This document shows positions 19,433 through 29,765 of a DNA stretch of 64,000 nucleotides, one piece after another; position 1 is the stretch's first letter; every line of letters begins with the position of its first letter. Origin of the DNA: an uncultured Eubacteriales bacterium (GTDB lineage Bacteria > Bacillota > Clostridia > Christensenellales > CAG-138). The stretch is from NCBI GenBank assembly GCA_900544965.1, contig UQXE01000006.1, forward strand, positions 4,740 to 68,739, read 5' to 3'. The position numbers and the translations under genes are program-made. The notes under the pieces are model-generated. The model was not told where the DNA came from and searched no databases. It saw nothing but the letters and a program-made list of their open reading frames with translations.

Positions 19433-20674
19433 ATGAATGCAGAGGTTATTACGGTCGGAACAGAGATATTAATGGGCCAGATTTTAAATACAAATTCGCA
19501 ATATATAGCCAACAAGCTGGCCGAATTGGGAATTTCGCATTACTATGACACAACAGTGGGTGATAACTGGGACAGGCTGTGCACTGCGATTGAAAACGCC
19601 TTGAGCAGATCTGATATAGTAATATTAACCGGAGGCTTAGGGCCCACCAGCGATGATATTACCAAGGAGGCTGCAGCGCATGTAATGAAACGCGATCTGG
19701 TTCTTGACAGGCCGTCACTTGAAAAAATAAAGAATCATTTTAGCTCCCGCGGTAAGGTTATGCCTGAAAACAATATAAAGCAGGCTATGCTGCCCGATGG
19801 TTGCATCATCTTAAAAAATGAAGTAGGAACAGCCCCAGGCTGCATAATCGAATCGGATAATGGAACGGCTATACTCCTCCCAGGTCCCCCAAGGGAGATG
19901 AACCCCATGTTTGAGCACGGAGTATTGCCATACCTCGGGCGCATCAGCGATTCTATTCTATACACGCGTGTAATCCGTATATTCGGCATGGGTGAATCAG
20001 CGGTAGCTTCAATGATAAAGGATGTTATCGACAAGCAGACCAACCCAACGATAGCTCCATACGTAAAACCAGGGGAAGTCACCCTGAGGGTTACTGCAAA
20101 ATGCAATAATATTGACGAGGGTAAGGCGCTTGCCGAACCTGTAATTAAGGAGATTTGCTCCATAATAGGAGAGGCGGTATATTCGACTGACGACGAGGGC
20201 CTAAACGAGGTTTGTTCAAGGATGTTGGCTGATAAGCAGCTAACGCTGGCTGTTGCGGAAAGCTGTACGGGCGGCATGTTGTCATCAGCGCTTGTCAGCG
20301 TTCCAGGCAGCTCACGCTGGTTTGTCGAGGGGGCGGTTACATATTCAAACGATTCCAAACTAAGGCGGCTGGGGGTAAAGCCCGATTCAGTTGCCCAGTT
20401 TGGGGCTGTCAGCCGTATAGTAGCCGCGCAGATGGCGGAGGGGGCACGGCTTAGTTCAGGCGCGGATATAGGAATATCAACTACAGGAATAGCGGGGCCT
20501 TGCGGCGGAATCGATAATAAGCCCGTGGGGCTTGTATACGTTGGGATTGCGGATTTAGATGGTACGTATGTTAAGGAGCTGAGATTAAATGGGTCAAGGG
20601 AACATATAAGAAACCTTGCCACGCTTAACGCGCTGGATTTGCTTAGAAGAAGATTATCTGATTCGCAAGTATAA
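19433..20674 (+). CDS. cinA: Competence/damage-inducible protein CinA (MoCF-binding plus PncC-type NMN deamidase domains)
   Basis: 'VITVGTEILMGQILNTN', 'TGGLGPTSDD', and a C-terminal 'AESCTGG' domain. It sits in the conserved position before recA. Confidence 0.9.
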   Translation: MNAEVITVGTEILMGQILNTNSQYIANKLAELGISHYYDTTVGDNWDRLCTAIENALSRSDIVILTGGLGPTSDDITKEAAAHVMKRDLVLDRPSLEKIKNHFSSRGKVMPENNIKQAMLPDGCIILKNEVGTAPGCIIESDNGTAILLPGPPREMNPMFEHGVLPYLGRISDSILYTRVIRIFGMGESAVASMIKDVIDKQTNPTIAPYVKPGEVTLRVTAKCNNIDEGKALAEPVIKEICSIIGEAVYSTDDEGLNEVCSRMLADKQLTLAVAESCTGGMLSSALVSVPGSSRWFVEGAVTYSNDSKLRRLGVKPDSVAQFGAVSRIVAAQMAEGARLSSGADIGISTTGIAGPCGGIDNKPVGLVYVGIADLDGTYVKELRLNGSREHIRNLATLNALDLLRRRLSDSQV

Positions 20675-20677
20675 TGG

Positions 20678-20706
20678 ATGACAAAAACTAGAACAAATGT
20701 TATAAT
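20678..20706 (+). promoter_or_regulatory. recA promoter with an overlapping LexA (Cheo-type) box
   Basis: ATGACA (20678-20683), a 17-nt spacer, TATAAT (20701-20706). GAAC-AAAT-GTTA at 20691-20702 overlaps the -10. Confidence 0.6.
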
Positions 20707-20745
20707 AACATAAATGGTATGAAAGGATAATAAGGTCTAGGATAT

Positions 20746-21750
20746 ATGGAGAAGGAAAAGGCACTTGAGGCCGCGCTGGCACAAATTGAAAAGCAATTTG
20801 GCAAAGGGTCTATAATGAAGCTTGGCGACGCCGCGGCCCGAATAAATGTATCCACAATCCCAACCGGCTGTATCGAATTGGATTACGCTTTGGGTGTGGG
20901 AGGCGTGCCAAAGGGACGTATTATTGAAATATATGGGCCGGAATCTTCAGGAAAAACCACGATTGCTCTGCATATAATAGCTGAGGCTCAAAAATTTGGC
21001 GGGACGGCAGCGTTTATTGATGCTGAACATGCCCTTGATCCGATATATGCGGGCAACCTTGGCGTTAACGTAAATGAGCTGTTCATCTCACAGCCGGATA
21101 CGGGCGAGCAGGCGCTCGATATTGTCGAAATGCTCGTAAGGAGCGGCGCGATGGACGTTGTGGTTGTTGACTCAGTAGCCGCGCTCGTACCGAAGGCAGA
21201 ACTTGAGGGGGATATGGGCGACTCTCATGTCGGACTTCTGGCCAGGCTTATGTCCCAGGCGTTGAGAAAGCTGACAGGTATAATCGGCAAGACGAATACA
21301 ATATTGATCTTTATCAACCAGCTAAGGGAAAAGGTAGGCGTAATGTACGGCAACCCCGAAACAACAACGGGCGGCCGCGCACTAAAGTATCACGCATCGG
21401 TAAGACTGGACGTGCGTAAAGTGGATACGATAAAAAATGGAAACGAGCTGGTTGGTAACCGTACGCGAATAAAGGTTGTTAAAAATAAGGTGGCGCCGCC
21501 ATTCAAAATCGCTGAATTTGATATCATCTACGGGGAGGGAATTTCAAAGGAAGGCTCGCTTTTGGATCTTGCCGTCAACAAAAAGATAATATCTAAGACC
21601 GGAGCATGGTATTCATATGGGGATATGCGGCTAGCACAGGGGCGTGACAATGCCAGATTGTTTTTAAAGGATAATGCCGAGCTATGTGCCGAGATTGAGG
21701 GCAAGGTTAGAGACGCGCTTAACGAAGAAGCGGTTTTGGACCGAAAATAA
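20746..21750 (+). CDS. recA: Recombinase A
   Basis: 'GPESSGKTT', 'FIDAEHALD', 'VVDSVAAL', 'FINQLREK'. Confidence 0.97.
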   Translation: MEKEKALEAALAQIEKQFGKGSIMKLGDAAARINVSTIPTGCIELDYALGVGGVPKGRIIEIYGPESSGKTTIALHIIAEAQKFGGTAAFIDAEHALDPIYAGNLGVNVNELFISQPDTGEQALDIVEMLVRSGAMDVVVVDSVAALVPKAELEGDMGDSHVGLLARLMSQALRKLTGIIGKTNTILIFINQLREKVGVMYGNPETTTGGRALKYHASVRLDVRKVDTIKNGNELVGNRTRIKVVKNKVAPPFKIAEFDIIYGEGISKEGSLLDLAVNKKIISKTGAWYSYGDMRLAQGRDNARLFLKDNAELCAEIEGKVRDALNEEAVLDRK

Positions 21751-21781
21751 GTTTTTATCAATAAATATATAATACGACTAT

Positions 21782-21819
21782 AAGGGCGTGATGTAGTCGC
21801 GTCCTTGACTTTTATTTTC
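21782..21819 (+). terminator. Probable recA terminator
   Basis: 9-bp stem (two G-U pairs) AAGGGCGTG / CGCGTCCTT, followed by GACTTTTATTTT. Confidence 0.45.
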
Positions 21820-21951
21820 AATAGCGGTACACTTAACGTGAGTGAATATGCTAGTATGTAGTGTGTACATAATGCGAATTATGGAATTAATCGTACATGC
21901 GGGCTAAAAACCCTCAGACTTTATATAGATTGACGGAGGTGTAGATTACCT

Positions 21952-23502
21952 TTGAACTGGCTGGATATTTTCATACCGGTTATTACAGGCGCGATTGCAC
22001 TTGTCGCCGGAGCAACTGGCGGATATTATTATAGGCGCAATATAGCGGAGGCGAAGATAGGGAAGACCGAGGACGCCGTAAAAAAGCTGATTGAAGATGC
22101 TCAAAAGCGAGCTGAGACATTAAAGAAGGAGAAGATACTTGAGGCTAAGGAGGAAGTTTACCGCATAAAAAGCGAAACCGAGCGTGAAAACCGTGATCGC
22201 AGAAACGAACTGCAGCGGCTTGAGCGCAGGCTTCAACAGAGGGAAGAGCTGCTGGATAATAAGTTTACCAGCATTGAGGTACGAGAGGAAGGCCTGAATA
22301 AGAAGCTAAAGGATGCCAGCGAGCTTGAAGCTAACATAAAGGAGCTTCACGAAAAGCAGAAGCAGGAACTTGAACGTATATCATCCATGACCAGGGAAGA
22401 GGCCAAGGACGTGATCATGGAATCGGTTGAGCGGGAGGCCAGGCATGACGCGGCAGTTTTGTTGCGTGAGATTGAGGCTAAGACCAAGGATGAGGCGGAT
22501 AAGCGGTCGCGCAATATAATCACCCTGGCAATACAAAGATGTGCGGCTGATCATGTGGCTGAAACGACGGTTTCAGTTGTACCATTGCCCAGCGATGAGA
22601 TGAAGGGCCGAATTATTGGACGCGAGGGAAGAAATATACGTACATTGGAAACAGCTACAGGCGTAGACCTAATAATCGACGATACTCCGGAGGCTGTTAT
22701 CCTGTCCGGGTTTGATCCGGTTAGGAGAGAAGTGGCACGTATAGCGCTTGAAAAGCTAATTCTTGATGGGCGAATTCATCCGGCGCGCATTGAAGAGATG
22801 GTTGAAAAGGCCAGAAAAGAAGTAGACGTTAAGATACGGGAGGCCGGAGAGCAGGCCATATTTGAGGTTGGAGTTCATGGACTGCATCACGAACTGATAA
22901 AACTTCTTGGCCGGCTGAGATACCGCACAAGCTATGGTCAAAATGTGCTCAAGCATTCCATAGAGGTGGCCCATTTGGCCGGAATAATGGCAGCTGAAAT
23001 TGGCGCGAACGTACCTTTAGCAAAGAGGGCGGGCTTGCTGCACGACATAGGAAAGGCTCTTGACCATGAAATTGAAGGTCCCCATATCCAGATAGGAGCG
23101 GATATAGCAAAGAAGTACCGTGAAAACAATCAGGTGGTTCACGCCATTATGGCTCATCACGGCGACATTGAAGCAACCACTATAGAGGCTGTGCTTGTAC
23201 AGGCCGCCGACGCAATTTCCGCCGCCAGGCCTGGCGCAAGACGCGAGACCTTGGAGAATTACATCAAGCGCCTTGAAAAGCTTGAGGATATCGCAAACTC
23301 ATTCGAGGGGGTTGATAAATCGTTTGCCATACAGGCTGGACGAGAGGTTAGAATCCTGGTAAAGCCTGAAAATGTTAACGATGCGGATACTATCATTATG
23401 GCTAAAGAGATAGCAAAACGTATTGAATCCGAGCTGGACTATCCCGGTCAGATTAAGGTCAATGTAATAAGGGAAACCCGGGCTGTTGAATTTGCAAAAT
23501 GA
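21952..23502 (+). CDS. rny: Ribonuclease Y
   Basis: N-terminal TM helix, a long coiled coil, a KH domain ('[12 protein letters not shown]') and an HD domain ('LLHDIGKA'). Confidence 0.93.
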   Translation: MNWLDIFIPVITGAIALVAGATGGYYYRRNIAEAKIGKTEDAVKKLIEDAQKRAETLKKEKILEAKEEVYRIKSETERENRDRRNELQRLERRLQQREELLDNKFTSIEVREEGLNKKLKDASELEANIKELHEKQKQELERISSMTREEAKDVIMESVEREARHDAAVLLREIEAKTKDEADKRSRNIITLAIQRCAADHVAETTVSVVPLPSDEMKGRIIGREGRNIRTLETATGVDLIIDDTPEAVILSGFDPVRREVARIALEKLILDGRIHPARIEEMVEKARKEVDVKIREAGEQAIFEVGVHGLHHELIKLLGRLRYRTSYGQNVLKHSIEVAHLAGIMAAEIGANVPLAKRAGLLHDIGKALDHEIEGPHIQIGADIAKKYRENNQVVHAIMAHHGDIEATTIEAVLVQAADAISAARPGARRETLENYIKRLEKLEDIANSFEGVDKSFAIQAGREVRILVKPENVNDADTIIMAKEIAKRIESELDYPGQIKVNVIRETRAVEFAK

Positions 23503-23653
23503 TGTTAAGCGAAATATTAATATAATGTTTACAGGTGGGCTTAACTGTCTGCCTGTTTTCGTTCCACTGCATAATAAAATGATGCCTTTTGGTTTAGGAC
23601 ATAGCGTTGATGTATAGAATTAAATAAGCGATCGATAATGGGAGGAAAAGCAT

Positions 23654-24586
23654 ATGCAGTTTCCGGTAGCAGATGCGCACTGTGATTTTTTATATGGTAT
23701 GGTAAACAGGGGTTACTCCATTGATTCCCTAACGGGCGAGCAGACGGTATATTTGCCTTATCTTTCGAAAGGCGGCGTTGCACTTCAGTTTTTTGCAGCA
23801 TGGATTGACAGCAAGCTTAGGGTTCCTTATCTGCAGCAATGTATGGACATGGTGGATGCATATTATCGAATGTTAGACGAACACAGCGATATGTTTTGTC
23901 CGCTAAGCGATCATTTCAATCCTTCTTGCGGCAAGATAGCGACTGTATTGACGATAGAGGGGGGAGAGGCTATAGAGGGATGCCTCTCCAATCTTAGGCT
24001 TTTTCACAGGCTTGGCGTGCGGGCTATGTCGCTTACCTGGAATGAATCCAATGCGCTGGCGCATCCCGCGATGAGCAGGCGCAACAGGGGGCTGACTGTT
24101 CTCGGGCGTCGCGTTGTTGAGGAGATGGATAGACTAGGTATGGCCATAGACCTCGCGCACCTGAGCGATGCCGGTATTGACGATATCCTTGAGATGACCG
24201 ATAGTGCGGTATTCGCGTCCCATTCAAACTCTAGGGAGGTTTATCCGCACCCCAGATCCTTGAAAGACGATCATATTAAAGAGATTGCGAGACGTGGCGG
24301 CGTAGTGGGAATTAATTTCTACCATGAACAGCTTTCTGGCAAATATCCCTCCACATCCGAAGATATAGTACGCCATATCGACCATGTGGCCGGTATTGGA
24401 GGCATAAAAAGCGTATGCATTGGTTCGGATTTTGACGGGATGGGGCGGTATCCTGCGGACTTAAACAATCCATCCCAGATTCAGGTACTATTAGAGCGCC
24501 TTCTTAGAATGGGATATACAGAAGCTGATATCCGTGCGATTGCCTATGATAATCTTTATGATTACATTATTAGGTTTTGCCGATAA
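23654..24586 (+). CDS. Membrane dipeptidase family (peptidase M19) protein
   Basis: 'ADAHCDFL', 'LTWNESN', 'ASHSNSR', 'GSDFDG'. RBS GGGAGG upstream. Confidence 0.8.
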   Translation: MQFPVADAHCDFLYGMVNRGYSIDSLTGEQTVYLPYLSKGGVALQFFAAWIDSKLRVPYLQQCMDMVDAYYRMLDEHSDMFCPLSDHFNPSCGKIATVLTIEGGEAIEGCLSNLRLFHRLGVRAMSLTWNESNALAHPAMSRRNRGLTVLGRRVVEEMDRLGMAIDLAHLSDAGIDDILEMTDSAVFASHSNSREVYPHPRSLKDDHIKEIARRGGVVGINFYHEQLSGKYPSTSEDIVRHIDHVAGIGGIKSVCIGSDFDGMGRYPADLNNPSQIQVLLERLLRMGYTEADIRAIAYDNLYDYIIRFCR

Positions 24587-24620
24587 TACAGAACCTATGG
24601 CATCCCTCAGCTAAAATCTG

Positions 24621-25700
24621 TCAACCTTCGTCTTTGTCAGAACCACCGCATTCGTCTTCGTCGCGCAGTTTGATAATGTTCGCCGCCATGCGCTTGCGGT
24701 CTTCAGCAACTGTAGCATAATGTCTCTGGGTTGTATTTACGTCCTTATGTCCCAATACCTCTGCAACAAGATAGATATCTCCCGTCTCATTATAAAGCAT
24801 AGTTCCATAGGTGCTGCGCAGCTTATGTGGGGATATGCGCTTTAACGGTGCGGCGATTGAAGCGTATTTTTTAACCAGATTTTCAACGGCGCGAACCGTT
24901 ATACGCTTTCTTTGCCCTGATAGGAACAGCGCGTCCTCGTGACCTTCTTTTGGCGCTATCTTTTCACGCTGTAATTGATACAAAAGCAGAGCCTTGCGTA
25001 CCTCGTCCCCAAACGCCAATACATCCTTGTTGCCCCCTTTTCGGGTAACAACAAATTCATTGGCCATAAAATTAACATCTGAGACATTAATTCCAACCAA
25101 CTCGCTTATTCTAATACCAGTGCCTAAAAATAATGTCAGTATAGCCAAATCTCTATCACGTGTAGACCTATGATATGATTTCTGCCTTTCTGTAAGGCCA
25201 TCACCATTTTCCACAATGTCCAGCAGATTGGCAACCTCGTCGACATCAAGGCGTATTATAGGCTTTCTGTGGATTTTTGGGGTATCAACCATTGATGCGG
25301 GGTTATTGCCAAGCTTTGAACGCTTATAAAAAAATTTAAATATTGAACGTATTGCCGATAGCTTTCTGGCCTTTGAGCGCTCATCATTGGTTATAACCTG
25401 TTCACCCTTGGAATATACGGTAACGTACTCAATAAACATTTCAATTTCCAGAGGGGTTAGCGCGTCCAAGTCAGAAAGTTCAATGGATTTTATGTTTGGC
25501 TTTCGTATGATCCCTTCTTCAATAAGAAAACCGAAAAAGAGCTTCAAGTCGTTAAGATACCCAAACCTCGTTAGAACCGATGCAGTATTCTCTATTCCTC
25601 TGCTAAATTCCCTGCAAAATGGGGGCAGATCGCACAGCAATTCACGTATTCTTCCTGTATACTCAATGCGCTTTGCCTCATCATAATCGATATTTCGCAT
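24621..25700 (-). CDS. Tyrosine recombinase, XerC/XerD/integrase family
   Basis: Catalytic signature 'GIRISEL' (R), 'HKLRST' (H-x-x-R), 'LGHKDVNTTQRHY' (H...Y). Confidence 0.85.
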   Translation of the reverse strand: MRNIDYDEAKRIEYTGRIRELLCDLPPFCREFSRGIENTASVLTRFGYLNDLKLFFGFLIEEGIIRKPNIKSIELSDLDALTPLEIEMFIEYVTVYSKGEQVITNDERSKARKLSAIRSIFKFFYKRSKLGNNPASMVDTPKIHRKPIIRLDVDEVANLLDIVENGDGLTERQKSYHRSTRDRDLAILTLFLGTGIRISELVGINVSDVNFMANEFVVTRKGGNKDVLAFGDEVRKALLLYQLQREKIAPKEGHEDALFLSGQRKRITVRAVENLVKKYASIAAPLKRISPHKLRSTYGTMLYNETGDIYLVAEVLGHKDVNTTQRHYATVAEDRKRMAANIIKLRDEDECGGSDKDEG

Positions 25701-25816
25701 GGCCTAACCCTTTCGTAATGTTAATGTATGAAGTTATGGGGGATATAAATACTACCCATAATTATTCTAACATAACTATTCGTAAAAGGCAAGTTTTACG
25801 AATAGTTACAGGTTGA

Positions 25817-26266
25817 TTATACCAAACGGTCAGCATTTTCCTTAATTTCACGTCTAGCAAGCATATCACAGTAGTTATTCAGTTCGTTTTCAGCGTGGCC
25901 CTTTACCTTGATCCAATTTATTGAATGAATTTTAGATAGGCTAATAAGCCTTTCCCATAAATCCTTGTTTTCAACAGGTTTTTTGGCGGTTGTAACCCAT
26001 CCGTTTCGCTGCCAGTTTGCAATCCAATTCTGTGTAAACGCGTTGCACAGATATGCGCTGTCGGTATATAGGTCGACAAGGCATTTAACCTTTAATACCT
26101 CCAATGCATTTATAGCGGCCATAAGCTCCATCCTGTTGTTTGTCGTGTTGCATTCGCTTCCTGACAGCTCTTTGCGGTTGTTTCCATATAGCAATACAGC
26201 GCCCCAGCCTCCAGGGCCTGGGTTTCCTGAACACGCGCCGTCCGTATATATTGACACTTTTTTCAT
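25817..26266 (-). CDS. rnhA: Ribonuclease HI
   Basis: '[17 protein letters not shown]', 'TNNRMEL', 'DS.Y', 'W.KVKGH'. Confidence 0.92.
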   Translation of the reverse strand: MKKVSIYTDGACSGNPGPGGWGAVLLYGNNRKELSGSECNTTNNRMELMAAINALEVLKVKCLVDLYTDSAYLCNAFTQNWIANWQRNGWVTTAKKPVENKDLWERLISLSKIHSINWIKVKGHAENELNNYCDMLARREIKENADRLV

Positions 26267-26275
26267 ATATAAAAC

Positions 26276-26518
26276 CTATTCTTTCTTTTCTTTGTTGGCA
26301 TCACGTCCCCGCTGAAGCTTTCTGGCGCCATATGGCACGTTTTTATCGATTTTGCTCGAATAATACTCGGATATACTCAAGCTTCTGTAATCACCGCTTT
26401 CAGAATCAATACATTTGCAGCAGTTATCGCAAGTCTTATGGGGATCCAAGTCGCATATCCGGCATTTGCCACAGTTGGTGCATATGTCAACTCCGTCTAG
26501 TATACAAAGCTTTTTCAT
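26276..26518 (-). CDS. Small Cys-rich protein (80 aa) with a basic tail, function unknown
   Basis: Start refined to ATG 26518 (GGAGG 7 nt upstream); the ORF track extends it to 26572. Nine Cys lie in the first 36 residues, including C-x2-C-x2-C-x2-C. Confidence 0.6.
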   Translation of the reverse strand: MKKLCILDGVDICTNCGKCRICDLDPHKTCDNCCKCIDSESGDYRSLSISEYYSSKIDKNVPYGARKLQRGRDANKEKKE

Positions 26519-26545
26519 TTGCCGCCCTCCATATTTCAACTTATG

Positions 26546-26595
26546 CAAACAAATGTTTGTTTTTGTTTGCATCTAATCAAGGATGATGCTATAAT
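26546..26595. promoter_or_regulatory. LexA box plus the lexA promoter in the divergent intergenic region
   Basis: Inverted repeat CAAAC-AAAT-GTTTG at 26546-26559. lexA promoter is TTGCAT (26567-26572), a 17-nt spacer, TATAAT (26590-26595). Confidence 0.6.
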
Positions 26596-26636
26596 GTTTA
26601 TAGCTACATTATACCACCAAAAATGGAGGCAAAACC

Positions 26637-27257
26637 ATGGAAATGGGCAATCTAGGAAAGCGTCAGAAAGAAATATATGAATTTATCAAGCTATATTTCG
26701 ACAAACACTCTATACCACCGACGGTAAGGGAGATTGCTGAAGCCGTTTCTTTAAAATCTACATCCACCGTTCACCTGCATTTAAAGGAGCTTCAGAAACG
26801 TGGCCTGATAAGCATGGAACCCATGAAGCAAAGATCTATTACAATAATGCGGTCTGAGGGTTCTCGTGGCGTGTTAACCCCTCTCATAGGCGATGTTGCG
26901 GCGGGACAGCCCATACTCGCATATGACAACATTCAGGAAACGTTTACGCTTCCTAGCTCTCTGCTTCACGGGGCAAATGAAACCGAGGTATTTATGTTAA
27001 AGGTGGAGGGCGAAAGCATGATTGACATCGGCATCCTCAACGGGGATTTAATAGTAGTACATAACGCTATTGGCTCGGAAAACGGGGATATCGTTGTCGC
27101 CAGGGTTGGCGGCGATACCGCTACTGTTAAGCGCATATACTATGAAAAGGCTGGCGTTCGCCTTCAGCCTGAAAACTCAAACATGGATCCAATATACGCA
27201 TCCTACGATGATGTTGAAATCGTTGGCAAGGTAATAGGCCTGATACGGCGTTATTAA
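26637..27257 (+). CDS. lexA: SOS repressor LexA
   Basis: N-terminal wHTH ('PPTVREIAEAV.LKSTSTVH.HL..L'), cleavage site 'VAAGQP', Ser/Lys dyad region 'VEGESM' ... 'ATVKR'. Confidence 0.95.
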   Translation: MEMGNLGKRQKEIYEFIKLYFDKHSIPPTVREIAEAVSLKSTSTVHLHLKELQKRGLISMEPMKQRSITIMRSEGSRGVLTPLIGDVAAGQPILAYDNIQETFTLPSSLLHGANETEVFMLKVEGESMIDIGILNGDLIVVHNAIGSENGDIVVARVGGDTATVKRIYYEKAGVRLQPENSNMDPIYASYDDVEIVGKVIGLIRRY

Positions 27258-27270
27258 TCTAGTCCAAACA

Positions 27271-28551
27271 TCAAACTTTTCTTAATGCGTCCAAGGCCAT
27301 CATGGCCCCAATCCTGCCGTGAGAATAGGTTAATCCACCCTGAAGATATGCGGTATAAGGTTGCTTTATAGGCGCATCGGCGCTCAGTTCTATCGACGCG
27401 CCCTGAATAAATGCGCCGGCTGCCATAATAACCTTGTTGCTATAACCAGGCATATCCCAAGGTTCCGGTACGACAAAGCTGTCTACGGGGGAAGCCTTCT
27501 GTATGCTTCTGCAAAACGCGATTAAGTCCCCTTCCTTTTCAAACCTCAGAGCCTGAACGATATCAGAGCGCTTTGCACCACTTGAGGGCATTGTTATCAT
27601 TCCGAGTTCTTCAAAAACACGTGCAAACAGGACTGACGTTTTTAACGCCTGTGCAGTAACATGAGGAGCCATGAACAGACCCTGATAGAATGGAATATAG
27701 GATGCGGCATAGGATCCTACTTCTCTGCCTATTCCAGGGACGGTGACCCGATTTGCTACTCGCTCAATTAGTTCCCTCCTGCCCGCGATATAGCCGCCGG
27801 TAGGAGCTATGCCGCCACCTGGGTTTTTTATCAGCGATCCTACGATGATGTCCGCTCCATAGTCTGAAGGTTCGTCTATACATGTGAATTCTCCATAGCA
27901 ATTATCAACAACGATAGCTGCTTGAGGGAGCACGGATTTTATCGCATTGAATGGTTCCTTCATTTCATGCGGCATAATCGAATTGCGCCAGGCGTACCCG
28001 CGAGACCGCTGAACATACACCACCTTCACGGAGCTGTCCAGCGAGTCCAATATCCTTCGGGTATCTATTGAGCCATTATTATCAAGTTCTATTTGTTTAT
28101 AACGCACCCCCATATGCTTTAAAGAGCTTGGCATTTCGCCATCTTCAACTCCGATAGCGTCTTCCAAAGTGTCATATGGTCTGCCGGTAATTGAAAGTAT
28201 TGTATCGTTTTGCCTAAGCAGTCCGCAAAGGGCTGTAAATATTGCATGCGTACCTGATACAAAATACGGCCTCACGATTGCGTCCTCACAGTTAAACGAA
28301 CGTGCAAAGACACGGTCAAGCGCGTCACGGCCTATATCATCATAGCCGTACCCGTAGGATGGGCTAAAATGCCTGGCACTTATGTTTTCCTGTTGAAAAG
28401 CATATAAAACCCGGGCTTGATTGCTGGATTCCACATCAGATATATTTCTAAATACAGTAACCAATGCTTCCTCGGCCTTGATTACGGTTTCATATGCACC
28501 GGAACTTATACCCAGCCGTGAATATACGGCCATCTCGGTTTTTTTATTCAT
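27271..28551 (-). CDS. YnbB/aluminium-resistance family PLP-dependent enzyme (Met_gamma_lyase family)
   Basis: 426 aa. 'HFSPSYGYGYDD.GRD.L', 'VSGTHA', 'GSLIKNPGGG.AP.GGYI'. It sits in the conserved position after hfq. Confidence 0.8.
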   Translation of the reverse strand: MNKKTEMAVYSRLGISSGAYETVIKAEEALVTVFRNISDVESSNQARVLYAFQQENISARHFSPSYGYGYDDIGRDALDRVFARSFNCEDAIVRPYFVSGTHAIFTALCGLLRQNDTILSITGRPYDTLEDAIGVEDGEMPSSLKHMGVRYKQIELDNNGSIDTRRILDSLDSSVKVVYVQRSRGYAWRNSIMPHEMKEPFNAIKSVLPQAAIVVDNCYGEFTCIDEPSDYGADIIVGSLIKNPGGGIAPTGGYIAGRRELIERVANRVTVPGIGREVGSYAASYIPFYQGLFMAPHVTAQALKTSVLFARVFEELGMITMPSSGAKRSDIVQALRFEKEGDLIAFCRSIQKASPVDSFVVPEPWDMPGYSNKVIMAAGAFIQGASIELSADAPIKQPYTAYLQGGLTYSHGRIGAMMALDALRKV

Positions 28552-28801
28552 GCTGTTTTTTATCCTCTAAGTGTTTTAGGTTTATATCAATACGTTTGGA
28601 TGGAACTATGCTCGAAATCGCATGTTTATATATCAATGTCTGGTTAGAACCAGTTTCAATTACCATGCAATAACTATCAAAGCCTACGATTTTTGCGTTT
28701 GCTATATGATAACCGTTTGTTATAAATACTTCTACCGGTATTTTTTCCTTTAAGATGGTGTAAAGCACCGCGTCTTGCAGTCCTGAAGGATTTAGCGCCA
28801 T
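28544..28801 (-). CDS. hfq: RNA chaperone Hfq
   Basis: Start refined to ATG 28801 (GGAGGAAGG upstream); the ORF track extends it to 28867. Sm motifs: 'LQD..L.......PV.VFI.NG......I.GFD...........Q.LIYKHAIS'. Confidence 0.9.
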   Translation of the reverse strand: MALNPSGLQDAVLYTILKEKIPVEVFITNGYHIANAKIVGFDSYCMVIETGSNQTLIYKHAISSIVPSKRIDINLKHLEDKKQHE

Positions 28802-28802
28802 A

Positions 28803-29765
28803 TTAACCTTCCTCCATATATAATTTGCTCTGTAAGAATTCAGTAACCGAGGCAACAAGCGATTCATTGGATTCGTATTCAGTTATATTAAACCATGATA
28901 TGCGTTTATCCCGCTTAAACCAGGTGATCTGACGCTTGGCAAAGCGGCGCGTATTACGTTTAATATCCTCCACGGCGTCCACAAGACTGCATTCGCCATA
29001 AAAGTAAGCCAATATTTGCTTGTAACCTAAACCCTGCAATGCTGGTAAAGACCTATCATAATCTAAAAGGGTCCTTACTTCCTCAATCAGGCCACTGTTG
29101 AGCATCTCGTCAACCCTAGCGTTTATCCTCTGGTATAATAGCTCCCTTGGCATAGTAAGCCCCACAATGATGGGTGAATATATGCACTCCAAACCATCGC
29201 TGTTGGAAAAATCATTTCCATATTCCGACAACGCCTTTCCCGTCTTATAGTATACCTCCAAGGCACGTATAATCCGCTTTTGATCGTTCTTATGAAGGCG
29301 TTCATATGATTGGGGATCTACTTCCCTCAAGATTTCGTAGAGTATGCCAGGATTAGCCTCCTCCTTTCTCTGAAGATCATCCCTAAGCTGCTTATCAGCG
29401 CCCGTCTGGGTAAAGTTAAGAGGGTATGTAAGAGAGTTTATGTAAAGTCCTGTGCCGCCAACTATAAGAGGAATTTTGTCCCTAGAGCGTATATCCTCAA
29501 TACATAAATCGGCCATACGCCTGAATCTAGCTACGCTGAACTCAGAGTCGGTTATATCTATAGCGTCTATCAAATGGTGTTTTACCGCCAGACGCTCCTT
29601 TTTATTGGGCTTTGCGGACCCAATATCCAAGTCCTTGTATACCTGTATTGAATCGGCTGAAACTATCTCTGCGTCCAGCTTCTTTGCAACAGCTATAGCC
29701 AGTGCCGTCTTTCCGCTTGCCGTAGGCCCAATTATCATTGGAAGCGCCCTATTGTCCTTCTTCAT
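28803..29765 (-). CDS. miaA: tRNA dimethylallyltransferase
   Basis: 'IIGPTASGKTALA', 'SADS.QVYK.LDIG.AKP', 'HHLID'. Confidence 0.93.
   Translation of the reverse strand: MKKDNRALPMIIGPTASGKTALAIAVAKKLDAEIVSADSIQVYKDLDIGSAKPNKKERLAVKHHLIDAIDITDSEFSVARFRRMADLCIEDIRSRDKIPLIVGGTGLYINSLTYPLNFTQTGADKQLRDDLQRKEEANPGILYEILREVDPQSYERLHKNDQKRIIRALEVYYKTGKALSEYGNDFSNSDGLECIYSPIIVGLTMPRELLYQRINARVDEMLNSGLIEEVRTLLDYDRSLPALQGLGYKQILAYFYGECSLVDAVEDIKRNTRRFAKRQITWFKRDKRISWFNITEYESNESLVASVTEFLQSKLYMEEG

Noticed and set aside
24621-25700. Tyrosine recombinase as a marker of an integrated mobile element.
   Set aside because: No compositional shift, no flanking phage or ICE genes, and no obvious att repeats. 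It sits in a housekeeping context (rnhA, lexA), so a chromosomal Xer-type role is more likely.
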